Positions 49,667 through 59,464 of a stretch of DNA of 64,000 nt are shown here, piece by piece. Numbering within the stretch: the first letter of the stretch is position 1; the number at the start of each line of letters is the position of its first letter. The DNA comes from an uncultured delta proteobacterium. GTDB lineage: Bacteria; Desulfobacterota; Binatia; JACPRU01. Made by a program: the position numbers and the translations under genes. The notes under the pieces were generated by a model. The model was not told the DNA's origin. It did not search any database and saw only the letters and a list, made by a program, of their open reading frames with translations. The DNA is taken from positions 896,001-960,000 of the forward strand of contig CAVUWD010000016.1 of assembly GCA_963745025.1 (NCBI GenBank), written 5' to 3'.

Positions 49667-51184
49667 CTACCCTCGACTCGCGAAATAGTCAATCAAGGCC
49701 TCCGCGAGGCCCTCCGTCGTGTATTCGCGCGCCTGGACGTCCACTCTCCAGCCGAGTGCGCGGGCCGTCTCGGCCGTGATCGGGCCGATACAGGCGATCG
49801 TAGCGCCTCCCGTCTTTCGTGTCGCCCCATCCCCGAGAAGCGCATGGAAATGGCGAACGGTGCTCGAGCTCGTGAACGTGATGGCGTCGATCTCCCCCTG
49901 TTCGAGACGATCGCGCACGCGCTCGGGAAGCGCGCCGGCCGGCTTCGCCCGGTACGTGGCGACGTCGACCACCTCGGCGCCGGCGCGCGCGAGTGACGTC
50001 GGCAGCACGTCGCGCGCGCCCTCGGCGCGCGGCAATAGAACGCGCTTTCCACCGACGTGCGGCGCAAGCCCGTCTGCAAGGGCTTCCGCGCGGAACTCCC
50101 CGGGCACCCAGTCCGTACGAAGACCGTATCGCGAGAGCGCTTGCGCCGTGGCCGGACCGATCGCCGCCAAGCGAGCCCGCCCGAGCCGGCGGCTGTCTCC
50201 GCCAGAATTCGCCAGCCGCTCGAAGAACACCTCGACGCCGTACGCGCTGGTGAACACGATCCAGTCGAAGCGTTCGAGCGACTCGAGCGCCCGATCGAAC
50301 GCTTCCGAGCCGAGGGGATCGAGCTCGATCGTCGGCGCCGCCAGCGCCTCGGCACCGAGCCTCTCGAGTCGATCGACGAACTCGTCGGCTTGCTCCGCGG
50401 CGCGAGTCACCACGATCCGTCGGCCGAGCAGTGGACGGCGCTCGTACCACTGCAGAGACTCGCGTCGGCGGACGACGTCGCCGACGACCAGGACCGTGGG
50501 CGGCGTGAAGCCCGCTCGCTCGACACGATCCGCGAGGTCGCCGATCGTACCGACGACGGTCTGCTGATCGGGGCGCGTGCCGGAGCGAATGCATGCCGCC
50601 GGGCTCTCTTCGGGTTTGCCCGCCTCCGTGAGCCTCAGCAGAACCTCGCGCAGGCTCCTCAAGGCCATCAGGAACACGAGGGTCTCCATGCGGGCGAGCG
50701 CCGGCCAATCGAGCGGACGTCGCGTGCCGGGAGCCTCGTGCCCGGTGACCACGGTGAAGGACGAGTTGAGGCCGCGTTCGGTGACCGGAATGCCGGCATA
50801 GGCGGGAACGGCGATCGCCGAGGTCACGCCGGGAACCACTTCGAAGCGGATCCCCGCCTCGGCGAGCGCCCGGGCTTCCTCGCCGCCGCGCCCGAAGACG
50901 AACGGGTCACCGCCTTTCAAGTGCACCACGACCTTGCCTGCTCGCGCCGCGGCGATCATGCGCTGATCGATCGCCTGCTGCTGCTGATCGCGGTGAGACG
51001 CGTCGCCGCTCTTGCCGGAGGAGACGATCTCCGCGTGCCGCTCAGCGAACCGCAGCAGCCGGGGATCGACGAGATAGTCGTGAATCACGACGTCGGCGCG
51101 GGCGATGCATTCCCGACCGCGAATGGTGAGCAGGCCCGGGTCCCCAGGCCCGGCTCCGACCAGATACACGATGCCGGCCTTCAT
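49667..51184 (-). CDS. cobA: Uroporphyrinogen-III C-methyltransferase / uroporphyrinogen-III synthase fusion (CobA-HemD)
   Basis: [27 protein letters not shown], then FTSAYGV, IGPATA and FTSSSTV. Confidence 0.95.
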   Translation of the reverse strand: MKAGIVYLVGAGPGDPGLLTIRGRECIARADVVIHDYLVDPRLLRFAERHAEIVSSGKSGDASHRDQQQQAIDQRMIAAARAGKVVVHLKGGDPFVFGRGGEEARALAEAGIRFEVVPGVTSAIAVPAYAGIPVTERGLNSSFTVVTGHEAPGTRRPLDWPALARMETLVFLMALRSLREVLLRLTEAGKPEESPAACIRSGTRPDQQTVVGTIGDLADRVERAGFTPPTVLVVGDVVRRRESLQWYERRPLLGRRIVVTRAAEQADEFVDRLERLGAEALAAPTIELDPLGSEAFDRALESLERFDWIVFTSAYGVEVFFERLANSGGDSRRLGRARLAAIGPATAQALSRYGLRTDWVPGEFRAEALADGLAPHVGGKRVLLPRAEGARDVLPTSLARAGAEVVDVATYRAKPAGALPERVRDRLEQGEIDAITFTSSSTVRHFHALLGDGATRKTGGATIACIGPITAETARALGWRVDVQAREYTTEGLAEALIDYFASRG

Positions 51185-52110
51185 CGTCCGAGCTCCCGAA
51201 GAATCTCCCGGCCCCCCCGAGCGAGAAGCTCTTCCGCGAGCGATCGGCCGATTGCCTCCCCCTCCGTTCTCTTGCCAGCGCGCGAGCCGCGAATCAGACG
51301 GCGCCCATCGGCATCGCCGATCGCGGCCTCGAGCTGGAGTGCTCCGTCGGTGACGGTCGCGTGCGCGGCGATCGGCGTCGTGCAGTCGCCCCCCATTCCC
51401 GCGAGAAACGCGCGCTCCGCCGAAACCGCGTCCCGGGCATCCTCATTCTCGAGCGCGCGCGCGAGCGCCCATCCGCGACCGCCGGGCCGCGCCTCGATCG
51501 CCAGCGCCCCCTGTCCAATGGCGGGAAGCATCTCCTCCGTCGACAGGCGTTGCGCCTCCGGAACCGCAAGGCCGAGACGGCGCAGTCCCGCGCCCGCCAG
51601 GACGATCGCGTCGACCTCGCCGGCCCGCCACTTGGCGATTCGCGTATCGACGTTTCCCCGCATCGGCACGACGCTCACGTCCGAACGGACGTGGCGAAGG
51701 AACGCGCCGCGGCGAAGGCTGCTCGTCCCCACCCGCGCACCCAACGCGAGACCCGCTAGGCCACCGTTCGCGCGCGCAATCAGCACGTCGCGCGCATCCT
51801 CTCGCGGGGGTACCGCGGCGATGTCGAGGCCGGGAGCCAGCGTTGCCGGAAGATCCTTCATCGAGTGGATACCCACGTCGATTCTGCCGTCGCGAAGCGC
51901 CTCCTCGATCTCTTTGACGAACAGTCCCTTGCCGCCGATCTCCGCAAGCGAGCGCGTCTGGATGCGGTCGCCGCTCGTCTTGATGCGCACAATCTCTGGC
52001 CGGAGGGCGGGCCAGCGCGCACGCAGCTCTGCGCTGACCCATTCCGCCTGACGAACCGCGAGCGCGCTGCCGCGCGTACCGAGCCGCAGGCCGCCCTCCG
52101 GCTCAGTCAT
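51181..52110 (-). CDS. hemC: Hydroxymethylbilane synthase
   Basis: GTRGSALA, GGKGLFVKE, HSMKD, GTSSLRR, RGNVDTR and GGDC. Confidence 0.97.
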   Translation of the reverse strand: MTEPEGGLRLGTRGSALAVRQAEWVSAELRARWPALRPEIVRIKTSGDRIQTRSLAEIGGKGLFVKEIEEALRDGRIDVGIHSMKDLPATLAPGLDIAAVPPREDARDVLIARANGGLAGLALGARVGTSSLRRGAFLRHVRSDVSVVPMRGNVDTRIAKWRAGEVDAIVLAGAGLRRLGLAVPEAQRLSTEEMLPAIGQGALAIEARPGGRGWALARALENEDARDAVSAERAFLAGMGGDCTTPIAAHATVTDGALQLEAAIGDADGRRLIRGSRAGKRTEGEAIGRSLAEELLARGGREILRELGR

Positions 52111-53386
52111 CGTCGTCGTCCAGACCGAATAGGCGGCGCGCGGCCAACAGGTCGCCGCCCTCCGGACTCTTCACCCGCTTCAAGCGTGAGATCGGCTCGT
52201 GGAGGAGCTTGTTCATGATCGCTTCCGCCATCGCCTCGATCGACTTTCGCTCGACCTCGCCTAGATGGCGGAGCGATCCGAGCGTGCGCTCGAGCTCGCG
52301 ACGGCAGATGCGCTCCGCTCGGCCCCGCAGCTCGACGATCGTCGGCACCGTGTCGAGATTCTCGAACCAGCGCCAGAACGACTCGACCTCGGACTGGACG
52401 ATCTCCTCGGCACGCTGCGCCTCGCGCTCCCGTTCCCCGCGGTTCTCGCCGATCACGCCCTCGAGATCGTCGATGTCGTAGAGGTAGACGTTTTGCAGGT
52501 CGTTGATCCGCGGGTCGAAATTGCGCGGCACGCCGAGGTCGATGAGGAACGTCGGCCGGTAGCTCCGCTCGTGCAGGGCGTCTCGAACCTGGTTTTCGCT
52601 CAGCACGAAGTCGGTCGCTGCGGTCGAGCCGATCACCACGTCGGCGAGCGGCAAATAGCGAACCAGCTCTTCGAACGGCACCGGAGCGGCGTGAAACTCG
52701 CGTGCCAGCTCGACCGCGCGGTCGAACGTGCGATTGGCGAACATGAGGCTGCCGATTCCGCGGTCGCGGAAATGCCGGGCGGTGATCTCCGCCATCTTTC
52801 CGGCGCCGATCACCAGCGCCGTCTTGTCCCCGAGCGACTCGAAGATCTGCGTCGCCAGCTCCACGGCGACGGAGCTGACCGACACGTTCTTGGCGCCGAT
52901 CCCCGTCTCGTTGCGCACGCGCTTGGCCACGAAGAAGGACTTGTGGAAGACGCGGTGAAGGATGGTGCCCGCGGTCCCCGCCTCGACCGCGGCCTCGTAG
53001 AACTCCTTGACCTGGCCGAGGATCTGGGGCTCGCCCACCACCATCGAATCCAGGCTCGACGCCACGCGGAAGAGATGGCGGACGGCGGCACGGTCCTCGT
53101 GCAAGTAGAGATGCGCGCGCAGGTCCTCGTGGCCGAGACCCCGGTCGTCGGCGATCGTTCCTGCCACCGCGCTCGGATCGACTCGCTCCGGATCGCCGTA
53201 CGCCAACATCTCGACTCGATTGCAGGTCGAGAGCAGCGCGCACTCTTGGATGCCGGGGATTTTCTCGAGAAGCTTGCGAGCGACGTCGCCCGCGGTGCCA
53301 TTCGCCAGAGCCAAGCGCTCGCGCAGATCGACGGGGGCCGAGTGATGCGAGAGCCCGACGAGCCAGAGCTTGCGACGCGTGGTCAC
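52103..53386 (-). CDS. hemA: Glutamyl-tRNA reductase
   Basis: LSTCNRVE, LDSMVVGEPQILGQ, IGAGKM and DLGVPRN. Confidence 0.97.
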   Translation of the reverse strand: MTTRRKLWLVGLSHHSAPVDLRERLALANGTAGDVARKLLEKIPGIQECALLSTCNRVEMLAYGDPERVDPSAVAGTIADDRGLGHEDLRAHLYLHEDRAAVRHLFRVASSLDSMVVGEPQILGQVKEFYEAAVEAGTAGTILHRVFHKSFFVAKRVRNETGIGAKNVSVSSVAVELATQIFESLGDKTALVIGAGKMAEITARHFRDRGIGSLMFANRTFDRAVELAREFHAAPVPFEELVRYLPLADVVIGSTAATDFVLSENQVRDALHERSYRPTFLIDLGVPRNFDPRINDLQNVYLYDIDDLEGVIGENRGEREREAQRAEEIVQSEVESFWRWFENLDTVPTIVELRGRAERICRRELERTLGSLRHLGEVERKSIEAMAEAIMNKLLHEPISRLKRVKSPEGGDLLAARRLFGLDDDDD

Positions 53387-54201
53387 GACCCGAAGGTCCC
53401 CCCGTGGCGTCCCGAGGAGAACACGTTGACGCCGACGAACGACACGAAGAGGACGGCGAAGCTGACGATCGTCAACGTCGCCGCGCGCCGTCCGCGCCAG
53501 CCGATGCTCCGTCCATGCAGCAGAACCGCGTAGAGGATCCACGTGATCAGTGACCACATCTCCCGCGCCTCCCACGACCAGAAGCGTCCCCAGGCGAAAT
53601 GCGCCCAGATCGCCCCGGTGACGATCCCCAGGGTGAGCAGCAAGAATCCCCAGGAGAGCAATCGGTGGTTGAGCGCGTCGAGTCGCTCGAGCGACGGCTG
53701 GAGGAGGCGCCGTGCTGGCCGCTTGGCTTTCAACCGGTTGTCCTCGAGCACGTAGATGAGGCTGGTCGCGAAGGTGAGCGCGAAGACGGCATTGCCGAGG
53801 AACGCCAGCGTCACGTGAACCGGGAGCCAGGCGCTGCGCAGCGCGGGCGGGAGCTCGGTCGCGCCCGAGGAGATCAACACCGCCACGGCCATCAACAGCG
53901 AGGCGAGCGGTGCGATCACCGCGCCGAGCACGGCGAGCACGTGACGTCTGTCGAGCAGTAGATAAAGGATCGCCAGGCTGAAGGCCAAGAACGACAGCGC
54001 TTCGTCGAAGCTGGCGACGGCGATGTGACCGAGCTCGAAGGAGCGGCCGGCGATCGCGAAGCCGTGGACCGCCGCAGCGCCGGCGAGAAGGAGCGGTGCC
54101 CGTAACCGCCAGCGCTCCTCTGCGGTGATCAGGTAACCGATGAATCCAGCCGCTGCGGCCAGGTAGAGAAGTAGGGCGATACGCGGGAGCAAGAGTTCCA
54201 T
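53383..54201 (-). CDS. ccsA: Cytochrome c assembly protein (CcsA/HemX-like)
   Basis: WLPVHV, TGAIWAHFAWGRFWSWEAREMW (WWD-type domain) and TM helices. Confidence 0.85.
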   Translation of the reverse strand: MELLLPRIALLLYLAAAAGFIGYLITAEERWRLRAPLLLAGAAAVHGFAIAGRSFELGHIAVASFDEALSFLAFSLAILYLLLDRRHVLAVLGAVIAPLASLLMAVAVLISSGATELPPALRSAWLPVHVTLAFLGNAVFALTFATSLIYVLEDNRLKAKRPARRLLQPSLERLDALNHRLLSWGFLLLTLGIVTGAIWAHFAWGRFWSWEAREMWSLITWILYAVLLHGRSIGWRGRRAATLTIVSFAVLFVSFVGVNVFSSGRHGGTFGS

Positions 54202-54210
54202 GGGGTCGGT

Positions 54211-54876
54211 CTAGACGAGCTCGACGCCGAGCGCCTCCAGCGTCATACCGTCTCCCGCCAGTGAAGCGAGCAGCGTGTCGATTCCTGCGCGGTCCTTCGT
54301 TCGCACCCGGTCGACGAGCCCGGCTTCTGCGAGATCGCGGAGAACCCGGCGCCTGTCGGCGATGGAGCGCGCGTCGCTTCGCAGACGCTCACGCACGCGC
54401 CGGAGAATCGACAGGGCCACGCCGTACTCGCAACCGATGTCTGCACGCAGCCGGTCTCGTACGAACGCGGCGAAGGCGGGGGAGGCTCCGGAAGTCGACA
54501 CGGCGATCTGTAGATCCCCGTGCGCGAACACGGCCGGAGCGATGAAGCTCGAGAGCTCGGCGCGATCAACGACGTTGACGAGCACTCCGGCGCGCTCGGC
54601 GTCGGCGGAGACCGATCGGTTGACGTCGGGATCGTCGGTTGCTGCGACGACGAGGTGAAAGCCGCGAACGTCCTCGGCAGCGTATGCTCTCGCGACCAGA
54701 GCCACGACGCCCTCCGTGACCAGACGGTGAATCGGCTCGACCACACGCGGCGCCACGACGGTCACCCGAGCCCCCGTTGGCAGTAGTCCTTCGATCTTCC
54801 ACCGGGCCACGTCCCCTCCGCCGACCACCAGCGCCGGACGCTCCCGAAGGTTCAGAAATACCGGATAATACGACAC
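54211..54876 (-). CDS. Precorrin-2 dehydrogenase / sirohydrochlorin ferrochelatase (SirC, CysG N-terminal)
   Basis: YYPVFL, VVGGGDVA, AATDD, VNVVD and AVSTSGASP. Confidence 0.92.
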   Translation of the reverse strand: MSYYPVFLNLRERPALVVGGGDVARWKIEGLLPTGARVTVVAPRVVEPIHRLVTEGVVALVARAYAAEDVRGFHLVVAATDDPDVNRSVSADAERAGVLVNVVDRAELSSFIAPAVFAHGDLQIAVSTSGASPAFAAFVRDRLRADIGCEYGVALSILRRVRERLRSDARSIADRRRVLRDLAEAGLVDRVRTKDRAGIDTLLASLAGDGMTLEALGVELV

Positions 54877-55050
54877 GAGCCTACTATCCTAGCACCGCTG
54901 CGGAGGGAGTAAAATTTGACCGTACCCGTCCATGTGGGTCATTTTGGGATCGGAGCAGATGGTGAAGGGCGCGTCGCGGCATCATCGGGATCGTTTTCCT
55001 CGCTCCTAAACCACCTGTGGGCAAACAGTTCCGATAAGGCCGCAACGTCG

Positions 55051-56307
55051 GTGGATTCGATTGCCAAAACGACCCACTGCCCACCCGTCATCCTGCATGC
55101 CGACATGGATGCCTTTTATGCCGCGGTCGAGCAACGCGACCGTCCGGAGCTCACCGGTCAGCCGGTGATCGTCGGCGGCCTCGGCGCTCGCGGGGTGGTC
55201 ACGGCGGCCTCGTACGAAGCGCGTCCGTTCGGCGTCCACTCCGCCATGCCGATGGCGGAGGCTCGCCGACTTTGTCCGCAGGCGATCTTCGTACCCGGAC
55301 GGATGGCACGCTACGCTCAGGTCTCGCGGGAGATCTTCGCCATCTTTCGAACCTTCACGCCGCTAGTCGAGCCGCTCTCACTCGATGAAGCGTTCCTCGA
55401 CGTGACTGCTTCTCTCTCGCTCTTCGGGGCACCCCTCGACCTCGCTCGTCGCCTTCGCCAGCGGGTGCGCGAGGAGTGCGGCCTCGCGGTCTCGGTCGGC
55501 ATTGGTCCAAGCAAGATGGTGGCCAAGATCGCCAGTGCGATGTGCAAGCCCGACGGCTTGCTCGAGATCTCGCGATCGGACGTCGAAACCTTTCTGCGGC
55601 CGCTTTCCGTTGGCCAGCTGTGGGGGGTCGGGCCTGTCATGCGCGCGGCCCTCGAACGTGCCGGAATCACGACGATCGGGGATCTCGCCGCCACCGCCGC
55701 CGACCGCTTGCGCCGGATCGTCGGCCGGCAGGCGCCGACGCTCGCCGCAATCGCTCGCGGCCACGACCCGCGGCCGGTCGATCCGAACCGCGAGCGGAAG
55801 TCGTACGGTGAGGAGAACACCTTCGCGCGCGACATGGTCGACGGCGACGAGCTCCGCCGCACGATCGTCGCGCACGCCGAGGCGGTCGCGGCGCGACTGC
55901 GCGCCGACGAGTGCCGAGCGCGCACGGTTGTGCTGAAGCTGAAGCTCGCCGAGCGGCTGCGGCCGGGAAAATATCCGTCGCTGACGCGAAGTCGCACGCT
56001 CGCCGCGGCGACCGACGATGGCAGCGCCCTCTCTACGGCGGCGCTTTCGCTCTGGGAAGAGGTCGGGCCCGGCAAGCGAATCCGGCTGATCGGGATTTCG
56101 GCGACGAACCTCGAGCCGAGCCGCGGCCAACAGCTCTCGCTTCTCGACTTTCGCGGCGGCGACAATCGCGTCGCCTTGAACCGCGCGCTCGACGAGATCT
56201 CCTCTCGCTTCGGTCGCGAGGCGCTGCGACGCGGCGGTGTGACGGTCGAGCGAGCCGCGCCGACGTTGGCGATCAAGGACCGCCGCACGCGACCGCCCGA
56301 TTCCTAG
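55051..56307 (+). CDS. dinB: DNA polymerase IV (start approximate)
   Basis: HADMDAFYAAVE, AASYEAR, SLDEAFLD, KIAS..CKPDG and WGVG. Confidence 0.95.
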   Translation: MDSIAKTTHCPPVILHADMDAFYAAVEQRDRPELTGQPVIVGGLGARGVVTAASYEARPFGVHSAMPMAEARRLCPQAIFVPGRMARYAQVSREIFAIFRTFTPLVEPLSLDEAFLDVTASLSLFGAPLDLARRLRQRVREECGLAVSVGIGPSKMVAKIASAMCKPDGLLEISRSDVETFLRPLSVGQLWGVGPVMRAALERAGITTIGDLAATAADRLRRIVGRQAPTLAAIARGHDPRPVDPNRERKSYGEENTFARDMVDGDELRRTIVAHAEAVAARLRADECRARTVVLKLKLAERLRPGKYPSLTRSRTLAAATDDGSALSTAALSLWEEVGPGKRIRLIGISATNLEPSRGQQLSLLDFRGGDNRVALNRALDEISSRFGREALRRGGVTVERAAPTLAIKDRRTRPPDS

Positions 56308-56355
56308 TGCTCCCTTTCGGTTGGGGTAGGCATTCGTGTCACGGATCGCTTCCGC

Positions 56356-56456
56356 CGCGAGGTCGTCTCCAACCGCACAGCCTGCTGAGTTAAGCGCTCG
56401 TCTAGCCTCGCTCCCGTTGGTCGCGAGGTCGTCTCCAACCGCACAGCCTGCTGAGT
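56356..56456. repeat. Two identical 35-bp direct repeats with 66-bp period
   Basis: CGCGAGGTCGTCTCCAACCGCACAGCCTGCTGAGT at 56356-56390 and 56422-56456. Confidence 0.9.
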
Positions 56457-57829
56457 CAGCCCGTGGGGATCTTCAGCACCTGCCCGGCGCGAAGCCGCTT
56501 CGCGTCGCGCAGACCGTTCGCCCCCTGGATCGCGGCGACCGTCGTCCGATAGCGCTTGGCAATCGCGCCGATCGTTTGCCCTCGCGTGACGCGGTGAGCG
56601 ATAAAGAATCGGCGTTGCTGCGAGAAGCGCTCGGTGGCGGGCAGATCGACGTAGGCGGCGCTGAACTCTTTGGCTCGGCCGGCGGGAACGCGGATCGCGT
56701 AACCCTTCGGCACGTAGAGCTTGCCCTCGATGACCTCGTTGGTGAAGCGTGGGTTCAAGGTCTCCAGCTCCTCGACACTGCACCCCGCGAGCTTGGCAAC
56801 CGTCGAGAAGCGCAGGTAGTCGTGGGTGGTGACTTCCTGGTACAGGAGGCGCGGCTCGAACCTCACCTCGCCGAAGTGGGTCTTGTAGTCGCGCTCGACC
56901 TCGAGGGCCGCCAAGAACTCCGTGTAGAAGTTTCGTGAAGCGAATCCGAAGGATTTGCCCTGGTAACGCTTGATGATCGTCACGATGTCGCTCGAGCCGG
57001 TCTCGTTCACCGCCCGCGCGACGCCGGCGCGTCCATGGTTGTATGCGGTGATCGCCAACGGCCAACTGTCCAGCACTGCGTAATCGTCGCGCAGATGATG
57101 AGCCGCCCCGAGCGTCGCGTAGATCGGATCGCGGCGCGAGTCTTGGACCTCGTTCAGCTCGAGATAGATCCGCGCCGACGAAGGAATGAACTGCCAGATC
57201 CCAGCCGCCCCGACCTTCGAATACGCATGCACGTTGAAGCTCGACTCCACGAACGGGAGGCGCGTCAGCTCCACCGGCAGTCCCTCGCGGCGGAAGATTT
57301 CTTCCATTTGCGGCAGATAGCGCCGCGAGACCTCGAGCCCACGGCGAAAGCGCTCGCGCAAGCCCTGCTGGGTGCGCACGCGATCGCGAGCCTCGGTGAA
57401 TTTCTGCGCGCCAGTGACGTCTTTGAAGAGGTTCCAGATGTCTCGCTCGAGACCGCTGAGATCATCCGGCGAAACCCCGCCGCGCGCGAGCCGTCCGAGC
57501 GCCTCGTCGACGCGATCCATCTCCTGCTGCTCGCGGCGATGCCGCTCGCGGCGCAGCGTCTCGTCGTCCGCGCCGCTAGCGGCGAGCGGCCGGAGGTCGA
57601 TCACCGTGTAGATTTTGTCTAGGTAGAGGTTGTCGTGAACGACGACCTGGTTCTCGGAATACTCCGCGAAGACCTTCTTCCAGAACTCGACCTGGGTGGC
57701 GAGCCCCGTGGGCTTCGGGAAGTCTCCCGGCGCGCCGAAGGCGACCACCGGGACGAAGAAGCACACTGCCAAAACAATGCTGGCAAATCTTCGAACGGGT
57801 TTGGAAGGACGCGTTCTAATGCTTGCCAA
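56456..57829 (-). CDS. Lytic murein transglycosylase (SLT) with LysM domain, MltD-like
   Basis: LPFVESSF, AAGIWQF, AITAYNHG and a C-terminal LysM (HRVTRGQTIGAIAKRY...GQVLKIP); TTG start after GGGAG. Confidence 0.9.
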   Translation of the reverse strand: MASIRTRPSKPVRRFASIVLAVCFFVPVVAFGAPGDFPKPTGLATQVEFWKKVFAEYSENQVVVHDNLYLDKIYTVIDLRPLAASGADDETLRRERHRREQQEMDRVDEALGRLARGGVSPDDLSGLERDIWNLFKDVTGAQKFTEARDRVRTQQGLRERFRRGLEVSRRYLPQMEEIFRREGLPVELTRLPFVESSFNVHAYSKVGAAGIWQFIPSSARIYLELNEVQDSRRDPIYATLGAAHHLRDDYAVLDSWPLAITAYNHGRAGVARAVNETGSSDIVTIIKRYQGKSFGFASRNFYTEFLAALEVERDYKTHFGEVRFEPRLLYQEVTTHDYLRFSTVAKLAGCSVEELETLNPRFTNEVIEGKLYVPKGYAIRVPAGRAKEFSAAYVDLPATERFSQQRRFFIAHRVTRGQTIGAIAKRYRTTVAAIQGANGLRDAKRLRAGQVLKIPTG

Positions 57830-57916
57830 CGACAACTCCCCTCGCAGCCTCACCCCACATCCCTTGTAACAATCGGGGGCCGCGGAATCAACGTCGAACG
57901 TCGCCTCAGGCTGCTC

Positions 57917-59464
57917 GTGGTAGCACTTTTCATCGTCTGGACCGCGACGTCGGGGTGCTCGGGTCGCCCGCGTCGGGCCGAGACCCTGGTGGTCGGCCTC
58001 GAGGCGATGCCAACCGATCTCGATCCCCGCTTCGCCACCGACGCCGCCTCTTCGAGGATCGACGATCTGGTCTTCCGCGCGCTCACCCGGCTCGACGAGC
58101 ACCAGGAGCACGTCCCTGACCTCGCGGTCGATTGGCGATTCGACGCGCCGCTCAGCGTGCGCTTCCAGATCCGCGCCGACGCGACCTTCTCCGACGGCAG
58201 CCCGCTGACGGCGGCCGACGTCCGCGCCACGTACGAGTCGATCCTCGATCCGAAGACGGCTTCGCCGAAGCGGGAGGAACTCGCTTTCCTCGAATCGCTC
58301 GATACGCCCGACGATCACACGGTGCGGTTTCACCTGAAGGCGCCTTTCGCACCGTTTCTGGAGGCCACCACGATCGGTATCCTGCCCCGCTCGCAGCTAG
58401 CCTCGACCGAGCGCGTGCGGATCGGCTCCGGCGCCTACCGCATCGTCGGAATTGCGCCCGATCGCGAGGTGCAGCTCGCCAGCCGAGCCGAGCATCGGGG
58501 AATCCCGGAGATCCGCTTCCGCGTCGTTCCCGACGATACGGTTCGGGCACTCGAACTCGCCAAGGGCACGATCGACCTGGTCGAGAACGCCGTCGAGCCC
58601 GAGAACGTTCGCTGGCTCGAGGGGCACTCCGAGACGTGCATCCGGCGCATTGCGGGAACGACATTTCAGTACATCGGCATCAACTTCGAGGATTCTCACT
58701 TGCGGGATCTCCGCGTCCGCAGAGCGATCGCGCAGGCGATCGACCGCCCGTCGTTGATCCAGCACCTGCTCGGCGGAGCGGCGCGCCCTGCTGGCGGGCT
58801 ACTCGCCCCCGAGCATTGGGCGTACGAAGACGACGTGAAGAAGTATTCGTATGACCCCGCGGAGGCAAAGCGACTTCTCGATGCCGCGGGCTACCCCGAT
58901 CCGGACGATGACGGCCCGGCGGTCCGCTTTCGACTCTCGTACAAGACCTCCACCCTCGATTCGCGCCGGCGCATCGGGGAAGCGCTACAGGCCATGCTCG
59001 CTGCCGTCGGGATCGGTCTCGACGTACGCAGCTTCGAATGGGGCACCTTCTACGACGACGTCCGTCGCGGCAACTTCCAGCTCTACTCGCTCGCCTGGGT
59101 CGGCGTGAGCGACCCCGATTTCTTCTTCACCATGCTCCACTCGACGATGACGCCGCCGCGGGGCAACAACCGCGGCGGCTACGTGGACCCCGAGGTCGAC
59201 CGCCTCACCGAGCTCGGCCGGCGGACGCTCGACGCGGCGCAACGCCAGAAGATCTACGCAGCGGTCCAGCACCGCGTCGCCGAGGAGCTGCCTTTCATTC
59301 CTCTCTGGTGGACGGACAACGTCGTCGTGCAGAGCGAACGGCTTTGCGGATTCGTCCCCTATCCGGACGGGAGCCTGATCTCGCTGACGACCGCCTGGCT
59401 CCTCACGGCGCCGAATTTCCCGCGGGGGACCGGCTCCACGCCCTGCGGTTGCGGGCATTCATGA
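57917..59464 (+). CDS. ABC transporter substrate-binding protein, family 5 (Dpp/Opp); start approximate
   Basis: Lipobox-like TSGC, LDPR, FSDGSPLTAADV, VRRAIAQAIDR and YDPAEAKRLL. Confidence 0.9.
   Translation: MVALFIVWTATSGCSGRPRRAETLVVGLEAMPTDLDPRFATDAASSRIDDLVFRALTRLDEHQEHVPDLAVDWRFDAPLSVRFQIRADATFSDGSPLTAADVRATYESILDPKTASPKREELAFLESLDTPDDHTVRFHLKAPFAPFLEATTIGILPRSQLASTERVRIGSGAYRIVGIAPDREVQLASRAEHRGIPEIRFRVVPDDTVRALELAKGTIDLVENAVEPENVRWLEGHSETCIRRIAGTTFQYIGINFEDSHLRDLRVRRAIAQAIDRPSLIQHLLGGAARPAGGLLAPEHWAYEDDVKKYSYDPAEAKRLLDAAGYPDPDDDGPAVRFRLSYKTSTLDSRRRIGEALQAMLAAVGIGLDVRSFEWGTFYDDVRRGNFQLYSLAWVGVSDPDFFFTMLHSTMTPPRGNNRGGYVDPEVDRLTELGRRTLDAAQRQKIYAAVQHRVAEELPFIPLWWTDNVVVQSERLCGFVPYPDGSLISLTTAWLLTAPNFPRGTGSTPCGCGHS

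Noticed and set aside
55015-55028. LexA box CTGT...ACAG upstream of dinB
   Set aside because: Spacing is N6, not the canonical N8.
56356-56456. CRISPR array (35-bp repeat, 31-bp spacer)
   Set aside because: Only two repeats, no cas genes or AT-rich leader, and the spacer is itself homologous to the mutM repeat unit, so this is a tandem repeat.
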